NCBI GenBank assembly: GCA_043228905.1
Contig: JBHGNT010000005.1
Span: forward strand, 22,878,001-22,942,000
Direction of reading: 5' to 3'
DNA: 64,000 nucleotides
From: Azolla caroliniana
Taxonomy: Eukaryota; Plantae; Polypodiophyta
Shown here: positions 26,122-38,213 of the stretch, piece by piece
Numbering within the stretch: position 1 is the stretch's first letter
Layout: every line of letters starts with the position of its first letter
The notes under the pieces: model-generated
Database searches by the model: none
Told to the model about the DNA's origin: nothing
What the model saw: the letters and a program-made list of their open reading frames with translations, nothing else
Translations under genes and position numbers: made by a program

Positions 26122-26769
26122 AGTCTTCACAATAATTGCATACAAAACAATCATCATTCGGTTAGCTCATTAGTGACTCGAATCGATAGAATCATCCATT
26201 CCATCGATGGATTGATCATCCATCGACAGGTCGAGGGATCGATGGATTGATTCACTTCCAGTGATCCCTTGACGGATAGAAATGACTGATTGATTGATCG
26301 ATTACTCACTTGGGATTGATTGTTTGACTGACAAATTTTAGTTGCAAGGGGGTTGGGTGGGTGGGGGATGAAGCTTCTGCAGAGCAGAACGTGAAACCCT
26401 AAGCCTGCACTACATAATAAGATCTTTCTGATTTAGGGGGACGTGTTTGAATGATTGCTCGTGTCATTAATCGATTCATGGTACCTCGAACCACTCCATC
26501 CCACCTTCTGGTTTCCTCAGGGAATTGATGGCAAAATAAAAAAATGGCCACAGCCCACAATACATAATAGAGACTTGTTTCTGAGATACATATATGTACA
26601 TACAAAAATGCCCACAAACTAAAGGATGCCCAATTCATTGCATTTTTTGTTAAGACCAAGTTCTCTCACACGCCGTGACCCGACCAACCGCTTCTTCTGT
26701 GCCAGAAGAGATAGATAAGACTCTCGGCTCTCTCTGACCTCACCAAAACTATGAACACATTCGGAGCAC

Positions 26770-27295
26770 GTGCCGATCAAAAACTATAACATGTCCCGAT
26801 TGGGCCACTCGTGTGTTCTCTTCGGCCTCGTCTAGGTCGCTCCCTGCCCATAACTAACACCTTTCCAGGACGTGATACTTCTTCGTCGAGAGATCAAACT
26901 ATAACATGTCCCAAATTAGGGCCACTCGTGTGTTCTCTTCGGCCCTGTCTAGGTCACTCCCTGCCCAACACTAACACTTTTTCCGAGTCGTGCTTCCTTC
27001 CCTGGGCCGTGCTACTTCTTCGTCGAGAGCTCAAACAATAAACATGTTCCAATAGGGCCGCTCATGTGCTCTCTTCGGCCCCGTCTAGGTCACTCCCTCA
27101 CCATAACTAACACTTTTCCGAGTCATGCTTCCTTCCCTGGGTCCCGCTACTTCTTCATCAAGAGCTCAAACTATAAACATGTCCCAATAGGGCCACTCGT
27201 GTGCTCTCTCTAGCCCCGTCTAGGTCACTCCCTCGCAATAACTAACACTTTTCCGAGTCCTATATCCTTCCCTAGGTCCTGCTACTTCTTTGCCG
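26770..27295. repeat. Tandem repeat, 4 copies of 115-137 bp, GC-richer than the flanks; likely TE-internal
   Basis: AAACTATAACATGTCCC...CTCTTCGGCC.GTCTAGGTCACTCCCT recurs at about 26781, 26896, 27033 and 27168. Confidence 0.9.
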
Positions 27296-28904
27296 ATATG
27301 AACTGCAACATTTTGAGAAGTGGGCGTAATGCTTTCTTGGGTAACCGTAGGTTTTATGTTACCCGCTTCATTGACTTCTCCTTCCTTTTCTTTATAGGAG
27401 GAGATTTGCCTTGTAATGCATGCTTCTCTGGTATATTACATGCACCCTAGGGTAAAGCTATGCTTCTTGGGTCATAGACCATCTCCTTCCTTTTTTAAGA
27501 AGCTTATACTTCCTTGTAATGCTTCTCTAGTATGATATACCCCAAGGTATGTTATGCTTTTTATTAGATGTAAATGGGGAAGCCTTGCACTTGAAATTGA
27601 AGCGGGACATTAGACTATATTACATTCTAGTGTGGAGGGTAGGACATGAAACACGTGACTTTTTGGTCTCCAATGAACGATGTTGCCAACTTAGGTACAT
27701 CCTTTTGGGATCTCTTTTTCTTTGTTTTTAAGCATGGTGTGTTGTTGACCCTTCTTGGGTATGTGTCATGAGTTTTTTTAGTCCTTTGTGCTAACCTATT
27801 GATACTTATCCCCCAATCTTGAGACCATTATAGTTTGTCTACCTATAGGTTATACTCGAGCATGGTACATAAAGGAGAGTTGTAACGGCCCCTTAATCAT
27901 TGTTCTAAGTAAAGTCTATGGTCACACCTCTTATGCATGCTTCCCTACACGTTGCTTACAAGTTACACTTAATCATATCCTTTATATGTAGGAAGTGCAA
28001 ACTTATGCATATCATGTGTGATCTTAATAGTGGGCATAGACTAACTAACCAATATATTCATACGTAGATTGCCAGCCTCAATGGTCTCACTTGGTTTACA
28101 ATGCAAATGTCCATGATGAAGAGAACATAGTCCCCATCAAACTAAATTCATGCCCTCTTATATGATGAGAATAGATAAGAATTCGTATAAATGCAAAATA
28201 AATACACATCTTCACTTTGTTAGTTGGTTCTTCATAGTTAGGATGGCAAACATATGGACAACAATGTACTTGTGGTTGAAACATCGCATGATTTTTGCGT
28301 ATTTTGTTTTTGAGAGATGTCGATACTCGTGCACGCAATATCGGCAAATGCACTCACACTCATAAAATTAATGTTAGTGGATGTGTTCATCGTACCATTA
28401 CAATTCTCGCCCAAGTTATACCTTTTAATAATACATTCTTCGAACATGTGTGCATGTTTCAAGTATATTTCATTACAGGAATGGGCATGCAACGAGGAAT
28501 TGTATGGGCTGACTAGCAATGTCCAAATGGCAATGGCAAGAAGGTTATAGAGAAACATGGGGTCTTGGGGGCATCATCGACGATCGAGGCCACAATGGTT
28601 ACAAACAAGGTTCGACAAAATGCCTGCCCTAATTGATGTCTCAATGCTCAACGCTACAGTGAATGTTCTATAGAACAAAACTCAATTGACACGCCACGCC
28701 CCGATTGTATATTACAATAGTAATAGCAGCAAGCACCCCATATTGCAAATGGCAAGATATAGTAGCACCAAATTCCTGATCCCCGGAATCATCATCATTG
28801 ATGACAGCGATCGAGCCGGCTACAAACACTTACATATATACGGGTCGGGGATCACATGTTACAAGCAAAGTGGTGTCATTTGAATCTCTCTCTCTCTCTC
28901 TCAG

Positions 28905-28936
<32 letters not shown>

Positions 28937-29448
28937 TATGTAAATGAATTGAACATAAAAGAGAGAAGAGAAATATGTGTTATGTATTTAGTTTGTTCCC
29001 TACACTCTCAAAAGAAGGGTTTCCATTTCCTGTATCAGAATATATGTACATATAACATACATACATAATCATAGTACGTAAGATACTCGAATGCATTGGC
29101 AAACATTCTTGTTTTACATACGTTTCCAAACGAATGAATATGTTATCAAAACATTCTTATGTTTCTTTTTTACACTTTTTACCTTAACTTTCTTACATTA
29201 AAAGAAAATTTACCTTATAATAAATAGCGAATACAAAAGTATGGTATTTATTATACTTCGAGGGTGTGTTTATCATGATACTCGAATGATTGAAACATTC
29301 TCGAATGCGAATGCACGTATGGTTCATAATAGTTATGTATACAGACACTATAATCAATTGAAGCAGAAGACAGAAGAAGAAGAAGAAAGAAGGAGAAGGA
29401 GGACAGAAAAGAACATGAATGAAGAAGAAGAAGTCTCGCTGATCAGAT

Positions 29449-29495
29449 AAACCCTAAACCTCCCTTCCGCCCCCCCTTAAACCCTAAACCCTAAA
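29449..29495 (+). promoter_or_regulatory. Telo-box cluster (AAACCCTAA x3) upstream of the PPR start codon
   Basis: Three AAACCCTA motifs within 60 bp of the ATG at 29505. Confidence 0.6.
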
Positions 29496-29504
29496 ACCGT
29501 GGAC

Positions 29505-31812
29505 ATGTTGCAGCGGCTTGTTCGCAGGCAGCCATGGCGGCACCGTTATCACCACTTCTCCTCTTCGCCGCCTCTTTACCTGTCTGCACAGCCCCTTCTC
29601 CCCTCCTCAGATGGAAGTTTTCTGCCTTCGCCTCGCTCCTTCGTCCATCCGACATATCCGCCTCTCCCCTCCCCTCACGTCTTCAGCAGCCATGGCGTCC
29701 TCGCCTCCAACAGGTGTGGGTTTTTATTTTATTCTATAAAGTTAACTTTAAAAATTTCTCTCCTCCCTTTTCTCGACCAAGAAACATGCCCCCACGCCCT
29801 CCACAGCAACAAACAGTTTGGCTCCTTGATTGCAGACAGCTGTAATCAAATCATATCCCATTTTTGGGGCTAAGTCCGACTATTTCCTTTCTTTCGACAG
29901 GCGTGGAATGCTGAATTATAGCACTGCTGTCTCTGATCAAGCTCTCGATGAAGAAATGCCCCTGGAGAAGCAGCCCAGCGAACCGGTGCTTAGATTGCAG
30001 AAAATCATACAAATCTGTGAGATTTTAGAGGCGAAAACATGGGGGATTGCCACATCCAAACGTCTAGAAGCTCTGGACATGTCTTACACGTCTGACATTG
30101 TGGCCAGTGTTGTCAGATCGGCTTCCTCCTCTACTGCAGCATTAGGTTTCTTTAACTGGCTTACCTTGAGAGGGTTTGAGCAAGATTCTCATACGTATGG
30201 TGCCATTATAGATGTTCTTGGAGAGGTTGGATCCATCGAAGACATGAAATATCTCGCAGATGAGATGAAGAAGTCTGCGCTTGTTGTGGATGCGGAACTT
30301 TATGACTCATTGGTCTATTGGTGTGCCAGGCACTCAGATTCTGTCGGCGCCGAATCCTTCGTTGAGCAGATGAATCAAGAAGGAATCTTGCTCTCTCCTT
30401 CCACTTACACTAGCTTGTTTGATCTTCGTATAAAGGAAGGAAAGTATGAAGATGCTGTGACCCTTTACTTACAGATGATCGAAGAAGGAGTTATTCCCAT
30501 GTCACAGACATTTAATTCTCTCATCCGATGCCTTTTAGAGGCTGGTAAGCTAGATTCGGCACATGCTATCTTTACTTCACTTACAAAAGTAAAGGTAAAG
30601 CCTCCCATGTCTTCTTTCGCATACTTAATGGCAGCTCATGCTAAGGTTGGAAATCAGGATTTGCTTCGTAGTTTAGGAAAGGAAATGAGGAATTTGTATG
30701 GAAGACCTGGTAAGGTGTTTCACATTGCATTCAAATTGTTACTGAAGGAAGGTAAGATGGAAGTGGCAGGAGCTTTTGCCAAGGAGGTTTGGCCAGAGCT
30801 TTCTGATGAACAAAGAAGCCTCATTGCTCAAGATGTTGGAGGTGTCTCTCTAACTCTGGACGAGAGCGAGAAAGATGCTTTCAAGGATGATCTTGGGCAC
30901 TTACTCTCTCCAAAGGTTCGAGTTTCCTTATCAGAGGCAGCAAGGATTCTTGAATCTGAGGGATTCTCAGCTCTTTTACAGTTTAAATTAGATTGGTCGC
31001 CTGATGCAGTCTATAAATTTCTGAAATTGCTACAAAAAACGGATCTTGCTTGGGAGTATTTCAAATGGCTAAAGTCTGATTCCAACTTCATTCATGATAC
31101 AAGTAATGAAATTTATATGCTGAGGCAATTGGTTAAGAGTTCAAATATGCATGCTATGAAGGAACTTCTATGTGAAATGCAATCTAGAAATGCAAGAATT
31201 TCTATAGAGGTCTTCAACACTCTCATCAAGGATTGTGCACATGTGAAGGATGCAAGTACAGCTGTGTGGGTTTATAGTAAAATCAAGGATTCAAATTTGC
31301 AGCCTAACGAGGAGACTTTTAGTTCGTTAGTTCATGCATTAGCAAGGGGTCGGAATCCAGATAAAGCATCGGATTTGTGCACTGTGATGCAAGATGTGGG
31401 AATAAAACCTGATGTAGAAACCTACACAGCAGTCATACATTCATTAGGGCTTGCTGGTAGATCTGATGATGCGTGGTCAGTCTATCAGAAAATGTTAGCA
31501 TCTGGCCATAAACCAAGCGTTAACACTTATACTGCCCTCTTGAATATGATGAACGTTGTTGGTGATACTGGATTTGCTATTAAACTGTACAAGGAAATGA
31601 ATGCAAATGGCATAGCTCCAACTGAAGCTACGCAAGGGATAATGGCAAAGATATGGGAAGCTTCAGGTAATGCCGAAGAAGCACAGAAGTTGGAGACACA
31701 AAGAAGGTTTTTGTCATCTAAGAGGAGAGAAGATTCCTTACAACAAATTTATGAAGTCTTATTGGAAGGTCTTGTAGAGCAAGAGAGGTCCACTTCTCTC
31801 TTATGTCTCTAG
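29505..31812 (+). CDS. P-class pentatricopeptide repeat protein, probably mitochondrial; exons 29505-29713 and 29901-31812
   Basis: Arg/Ser-rich N-terminus MLQRLVRRQPWRHRYHHFSSS; phase-2 GT-AG intron joins in frame (NR|RGMLNY); ALGFFNWL...GFEQDSHTY and 35-aa repeats (GIKPDVETYTAVIHSLG). Confidence 0.92.
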
Positions 31813-34169
31813 TGTGATAAAGTTGCTAGTTAAGAGGATCTGAAAACCAATCCTTTACAGGACCTGCATAGAAACTGGAATACAGTTTGGGGTTACGAGT
31901 CAAATCCCAAAGGAGTTGTGAAACAAAAAATATGTATTCATGGATGATGATAGTTAATTCATTCAAAACCATAGCATTGCCCTCCTTGATAATGAAAAAA
32001 TAAGGGGTGTTTGCTATTATGTGATAGGCCATACATTGCCGCCTCTTCTTAAATTTGGTTTGATTTTTGGAACTGTTATAATACGCTTGTTATTGTTTTT
32101 TTTGCAGAGGAGATATCTTAACCTGATTTTGAGTGCATACAAATTGTACTCAGATGAAGAAATTGATCTTAAATTTTGCATATGAAACTATTAACTTTTT
32201 GGACATCTGATTATAGGATGCGATCCTTTGTGTTCCTAATGATTGTTTTGCAGTGTAGATTCACTAGGCTATCAAAAAAGCCAATGAAGCCAAATCTATT
32301 AACAATAATACTAATGGTAAATCAATTTAAACTTGTTGAATCAAGGATTGATGGGATATTCATTGGCATGACTAATATAGGAAGAGAGCGAAGAGCACTC
32401 TATAGGAGATATCTTATCTCACATGAGTCAACACCGAGAAACATAGGCAAGTAAGGGTTGATGCCAAATTCAATGGGAGAAGAGGGTAAAGAGAAAAGAT
32501 AGAGATGAGGTCTCTACCATATTAAATGGGAGAATTGAGGGTAAAGAGAAAAGATAAAGACGAGATCTCCATTCTATTAGGTGAGCACAAAACTATGGGT
32601 GTTATGGGAATTTATGTTTTTATGTGAGGTCTCCCTTCCATAAGTCTCCTTGCTATGGTTTTGTTACTTGCAATAGGTGTATTTATGTTTATGTAACTAT
32701 ACGTAAAATAGCATTGGGTCTCATAATAAACACCCATGCGAATTGCATCGAAGTTCATCAAGGTTGTAAGTTTATGAATTTATAGGTGGTTTACATAACC
32801 TCACAATGCATCTTATCATACTTCAAATCTATGCATGGCATAAAACATACTAGAGTTAATACATAATGAACATTTAAAATTTCTCTTTGATTGACAAGGA
32901 ATAACCTTAAATCGGCAATTATTATGTGTTGGTGATTTTGGATCTAAAGTAGAGGACATCCCAAAGATAAAGTGAATGCCATCGATGGACATAGAAATTG
33001 GAGAATGGAGCTTAAAGCAATTTAAGAATAAAGTTCAAAGAGAGTTATGCTTGGGATATGGCTTAGAACATAATTATAATTTGGTGAAGTCTATATATGC
33101 AAATTTGGGATAAAGTTTTATTGACAAGATACGGCAAGCCTAAAAGAGGAGGAGAGAGAAACACAATGAAAAAGAGATGACAAGAGTGGAGGGCATTTAT
33201 CTTGACTCTTGCAACAACATTTCTGGAGGGTTAGTAGGCCTTTAAAGGATTGGGGCTACAGTTTAATGAAGAGGAAGAAAATTTAAGGCATCACACACAT
33301 TTTTTTGGAGGTCGAATGAGGTTGCAACGTGGAGACAAATTAGAAGTTGTCATTAAAATTGTTTCTTTCCTATGCGAAGCTAGGAGAGTTCATTTTGGAT
33401 GTTGTTGGTCTTAATCTATCCCTCTTAAGAAGTTCTATTTTTGTTATCTTGTTTTCCTAGCTTTTCTTGAATAATGTTTGGTGAAGACTTGAACTGTAGA
33501 CCCCCCCCCCCCATCTAAAGGTTCCAAGTCATATAAATTGTAATAAGTCTTATCGAGTCAACTTTAGTAAAACATCTAATTATTCGATTTTGGGTGCTTT
33601 GGTTCTCAAGTCAGGTGCAAGGACTATCTTGCCTTTTGAATCCTCACACTATTCTATGCTCTTAGCTATGACACCAATTGAAACCAACACATTATTGATT
33701 ATATGCAAGTCTACATATTATTGATCAATTATACCCATTATTGATCAATGAATTTGTTAAGCTTAATGGTAGAAACCGTGAATTTCTAAAGTTAATAGTG
33801 GTGAAATTTTGAGAAGTTTGGTTTCCTGTTTGTTAAGTGTATTGTAAACATACTTCACATTCTATGTTTGAGATTGCTCCCTTAAAGACATGGCTTTACA
33901 ATCCATTGAAATGGATTCCCAGCCTGCAGTGAATGGACACAAGTAGCCAGAAGATATTCCATCTGTTGAGATGGGGTGGGATCACATCAGGCAATGCTCT
34001 ACTACCTCTGGGATTTTGGGGTCTATGGTACAATTGGAGTAAGGGAAATGGGTTGTAGGCTCCAAGGAGTACCATAAACGGAAAGCTTGGACTTAGCAGC
34101 AAAAAAACTGCAGTCAAACAGAAGAAGAGAGGTCCAATATGCAGGAATGTGTAGTGAGGCCGTCCTGGA

Positions 34170-37100
34170 ATGGATTGCCTTCTCACAGATCTTGTCAAAT
34201 CTGGGAAGCCAAGGCTAGCCCTAAACCTTTATCACAAGCAATTTACAAAGAGAACCCCTCCTCTGCACATCCCTTCCTTCCTAGCTTTGCTCAAAGCTTG
34301 TACCGAATTGAAGGATTTACAGAGTGGGTGCCACATCCATGCCGACATCGTTCGGAACCGGGTTTTGTCACATGATGGTCGTGATGAGGTGTTCCTTGGA
34401 AACAAACTGGTGGACATGTATGCAAAATGTGGTTCTCTTGAAAAATCACAACAAGTGTTTGATATGCTTCTCATCCGGGATGTGGTCTCTTGGAATGCCC
34501 TCTTGGCAGCATATACATTGCATGACTGTCATGAGGGGGCGCTGATTTCTCTTGAACTGATGCAACTTGAAGGTATTTGTCTAAATCCTGTAACATTCGT
34601 ATATATATTGAAAGCTTGCAATGGCCTCGGAGATGTAGAAAAAGGAGGCAAAATACACTCCGAGATTGCGAGAAAAGGGTTATTGGAGAAAGATATTGTC
34701 ATTGGCAATGCAATCTTAGATATGTATGCCAAATTTGGCTTCCCTATGAAAGCACAAGAAGTGTTTGATGTGCTTCAGATTCGTGATGTTGTGTCTTGGA
34801 CCGTCGTAATAGCAGGCTATGCCGATTGTAAACAGGGTACAGAAGCATTATACCTTTTCAACCGAATGCAGCTTGAAGGGATCTCTCCAAATGATCATAC
34901 CTTCGTTTGTAGTCTGAAAGCATGTGCAAGTATTGGTGAGAAGGAGAAAGGCAAAGCAATGCATGCTATGATTGCTAGAGAAGGGAGAGTAGAACAAAAC
35001 CTTCTTTTGGGAAATGCATTGATCGACATGTATGGGAAGTGTGGATTGCTTGCTAAGGCTCAGGAGGTGTTTGATGGGCTCCCAACAAAAGATGTAATAT
35101 CTTGGAATGCTTTGATAGTAGGATATGCCAAACATGGGCATGGCGAAGAAGCATTGAGTTGTCTTGGAAAGATGACGCATGAAGGAGTTTCTCCTAATGC
35201 ATTTACATATGTAAGTAGCCTGAAGGCATGTATCAGTATTGGAGCAATACAAAAGGTAAGGGAGTTGCATGATGAAGTCATAAAGAAAGGCTTGTTGGAA
35301 CGAGATGTTCTTGTAAGCAATGCTCTTATCGATATGTATGGTAAATCTGGCTCACTTGTTGATGCACGACAAGTTTTTGACACCGTCCCATTTCGAGATG
35401 TAGTTTCATGGACTGCATTAATGGATGGCTATACAAGACACTTGTATCCTGAGGAAGCACTGAACTGTTTTGAACATATGAAATTTGAGGGTTTCTCACC
35501 AACTGTTGTCACATATATCTGCAGTTTAAATGCTTGTGGTATGGCTCAAGATATTGAAAAGGGGTGTCAAATACATGCTGACATTGAAGAAAAGGGCATT
35601 TTGGCGAGTGATATCGAGGTAGGCAATGCGGTAATTGAGATGTATATCAAATGCGGTTTGCTGACCAAAGCAAAGGAGGTACTTTTAAAGTTCCCAGTAC
35701 GGAATACAATTTCTTGGAATGCTATGATAATAGGATATGTAATACAAAAGGATAATGCCGAAGCATTGGAAAGCTTTGATGAGATGCAACATGATGGAAT
35801 TGTGCCGAATCCAGTAACGTTTGCATATGTCCTGAAAGCTTGTGGCAGTATTAGAGCCATAGATGAGGGCAGAGAAGTACATGCCATGATTGTGCAAGAA
35901 GGCCTCCTGGAAAGCCATCTTATTCTTGGAAATTCACTGGTATACATGTATACAAAATGCGGTTTCTTCAAAGAGGCCCAAGAAGTTGTGAATGAGATTT
36001 GTGCTAGAGATGTAGCTTCATGGACTGCTATAATAGCAGGGTATGCGGAGTATGACCAAGCTGAGGAGGCACTTAAATGTTTTGATGTGATGACGGACGA
36101 TGGGATGTGTCCTAGTGTTATCACATATTCCTGCATCTTGAAAGCTTGTAGTAGCACTGGGAATATCGATAAAGGAATGGAAATACATGCTGAAATTGCA
36201 AGAAAATGCATGCTAGAAAAAGATCTCATTATTGGCAATGCATTAGTTGATATGTATTCCAAATGTGGCTCCCTTTCAAAAGCTAAAGAGGCCTTTGACA
36301 AGCTTTTAGTTCGAGATGCAATATCGTGGAACATCCTTATTTTTGGATATACGATGCATGATCATGGTAAGGAGGCACTGATGTGCTTCGAACAAATGCA
36401 ACGAGAGGGGGTCAGTCTGACAACATTCACTTATGTTTCTGTTCTCAAGGCTTGTGGCATCAGTTTAGATACAGAGAAGGGTAAAGAAATACATTCTCAG
36501 GTCACTAGGAAAGGATTGTTAGAAACAGATGATCTTGTTGGCAACATGCTTGTTGATATGTATGGAAGATGTGGCTCACTTGCAGAAGCCCAAGTGGTGT
36601 TTGATAAACTCCTGGTTCATGATGTTATTTCGTGGACAGCCTTGATCTTAGGATATGTCAAATGTCAGTCTTGTGAGAAAGCTTTGAACTTGTACAAACG
36701 GATGCAACTTGAGGGGGTTTGTCCAAATACAGTCACATACATCTGCATTTTGAAAGCTTGCAGTACTAGTAGAACACTTGAAAAAGGCTTAGAAATACAT
36801 GTGCAGATTGATCCCAACATGCTTCTGAGGGACAATACTATAGGCAATTCACTCATGGATGTATATGCTCGATGTGGTTCATTAGCAAGAGCCCGGCAAA
36901 TTTTCCACAGGTGTCATATTCGAGATATGGTGTCATGGAACATATTGATGGTAGGATATTCAGACCATGGGTATTATGAAGAAGTACTTAACTGCTACAA
37001 TCAGATGCAATCAGAGGGAGTGGTCCGAACTTCTGCCTCATTTATTTGTGGCTTAAAAGCCTGCGGAAGTATTCAAGCAATAAACAAGGGCAAAGAGCTG

Positions 37101-38213
37101 CATGAAGAGATTATAGAAAAACAAATGTTGCAAAGCAATGTTTCTGTTGGCAATGCATTAATTAACATGTATATTCAGTGTGGCTTTCTTTTAGAGGCTT
37201 GGAAAACATTTGATAAGCTTCCCGTTCGGAATCGACTCACCTGGATCACATTGATTAGTGGATATGTGAAATACAAATTCCTCGATGGAGCATTAAACCT
37301 TTGCCAATACATGCTAATCGAAGAAGCTTCCACCGAAGACAGCAGAGACACATCTAATTGCTTTTCCAGAAGTGAGTTCATAGACAGTGAAGACCTTGTT
37401 ACTAGCAGCATGTTGGTCAACGTCTATGCAGAATGTGGTTTGCTTGCTGAGGCACAAAAAGTGTTTGATAGGATTCCTGTTCGAGATGTAGTCCTCTGGA
37501 CTTCGCTCATGGCAGGGTATGTGAAACATGAATGGCTTGAGGAAGCACTAGATTGTTATGAACAAATGCAAATGGAGGGGATATCTCCAGACACCGTTAC
37601 ATTTCTTTGTAGTTTGAAAACATGTGGTAGCATCGGAATTGGGAATAAGGGTAGAGAAATACATGCCGAGATAATCCGACAAGGGATTTCGGACAAAGAA
37701 CTAATCATTGGCAATGCACTTATTGATATGTATGCAAAATGTGGCTTTGTTTCAAAAGCAGTGGAAGTGTTTGAAAAGCTTCAAGTTCGAGATGTCATTT
37801 CGTGGACAACCCTGATTTCAGGATATGTCCAAACGGGAGAGTGTGACAAGGTTTTTAATGCATTTGAGAGGATGAGATGTGATGGTGTGAAACCAGACCT
37901 AGTGACATTTGCTAGTGTTCTAACAGCGTGTTGTCGGTTGAACCTGGTAGATAATGGCCATATGTACTTTGAAGCAATGGATCGAGATTTTGGAATAAAA
38001 CCAAATCTTGAACATTATACTAGTGTTGTTGATCTTCTTGTCCAATCCGGTAACTTTGCCCAAGCAATGTCATTTGTGAAGCAGATGCCCATGTATCCTG
38101 ATACTTCACTATGGAATACTATGATGAGTGCTTGTCTCAAGTCAGGTAATATTGAGCTCGGAAAGGAGGTTTTTCAGTGTGCGGCATGTGTGCAAGAAGA
38201 AAAGCTGGAGTGA
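34170..38213 (+). CDS. PLS-class PPR protein (about 12 P-L-S triplets) ending in a truncated E domain, no DYW
   Basis: 1347-aa intronless ORF with repeated GNALIDMYxKCG / RDVVSWxxLIxGY / PxxVTFxxxLKAC; terminal GIKPNLEHYTSVVDLL...PDTSLWNTMMSAC...NIELG. Confidence 0.95.
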   Translation: MDCLLTDLVKSGKPRLALNLYHKQFTKRTPPLHIPSFLALLKACTELKDLQSGCHIHADIVRNRVLSHDGRDEVFLGNKLVDMYAKCGSLEKSQQVFDMLLIRDVVSWNALLAAYTLHDCHEGALISLELMQLEGICLNPVTFVYILKACNGLGDVEKGGKIHSEIARKGLLEKDIVIGNAILDMYAKFGFPMKAQEVFDVLQIRDVVSWTVVIAGYADCKQGTEALYLFNRMQLEGISPNDHTFVCSLKACASIGEKEKGKAMHAMIAREGRVEQNLLLGNALIDMYGKCGLLAKAQEVFDGLPTKDVISWNALIVGYAKHGHGEEALSCLGKMTHEGVSPNAFTYVSSLKACISIGAIQKVRELHDEVIKKGLLERDVLVSNALIDMYGKSGSLVDARQVFDTVPFRDVVSWTALMDGYTRHLYPEEALNCFEHMKFEGFSPTVVTYICSLNACGMAQDIEKGCQIHADIEEKGILASDIEVGNAVIEMYIKCGLLTKAKEVLLKFPVRNTISWNAMIIGYVIQKDNAEALESFDEMQHDGIVPNPVTFAYVLKACGSIRAIDEGREVHAMIVQEGLLESHLILGNSLVYMYTKCGFFKEAQEVVNEICARDVASWTAIIAGYAEYDQAEEALKCFDVMTDDGMCPSVITYSCILKACSSTGNIDKGMEIHAEIARKCMLEKDLIIGNALVDMYSKCGSLSKAKEAFDKLLVRDAISWNILIFGYTMHDHGKEALMCFEQMQREGVSLTTFTYVSVLKACGISLDTEKGKEIHSQVTRKGLLETDDLVGNMLVDMYGRCGSLAEAQVVFDKLLVHDVISWTALILGYVKCQSCEKALNLYKRMQLEGVCPNTVTYICILKACSTSRTLEKGLEIHVQIDPNMLLRDNTIGNSLMDVYARCGSLARARQIFHRCHIRDMVSWNILMVGYSDHGYYEEVLNCYNQMQSEGVVRTSASFICGLKACGSIQAINKGKELHEEIIEKQMLQSNVSVGNALINMYIQCGFLLEAWKTFDKLPVRNRLTWITLISGYVKYKFLDGALNLCQYMLIEEASTEDSRDTSNCFSRSEFIDSEDLVTSSMLVNVYAECGLLAEAQKVFDRIPVRDVVLWTSLMAGYVKHEWLEEALDCYEQMQMEGISPDTVTFLCSLKTCGSIGIGNKGREIHAEIIRQGISDKELIIGNALIDMYAKCGFVSKAVEVFEKLQVRDVISWTTLISGYVQTGECDKVFNAFERMRCDGVKPDLVTFASVLTACCRLNLVDNGHMYFEAMDRDFGIKPNLEHYTSVVDLLVQSGNFAQAMSFVKQMPMYPDTSLWNTMMSACLKSGNIELGKEVFQCAACVQEEKLE

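Noticed and set aside
20000-27295. Regularly spaced repeats at 20.0 kb and 26.8-27.3 kb as CRISPR-like arrays
   Set aside because: No unique spacers, repeats are degenerate along their whole length, no cas genes, and the context is a eukaryotic intron-containing genome.
29449-29495. Interstitial telomere or chromosome end
   Set aside because: Only three CCCTAAA units, in a promoter position typical of telo-boxes.
34232-37529. Antisense and alternative-frame ORFs up to 255 aa within the PLS-PPR gene
   Set aside because: Expected by-products of a long repetitive coding sequence; no independent motifs.
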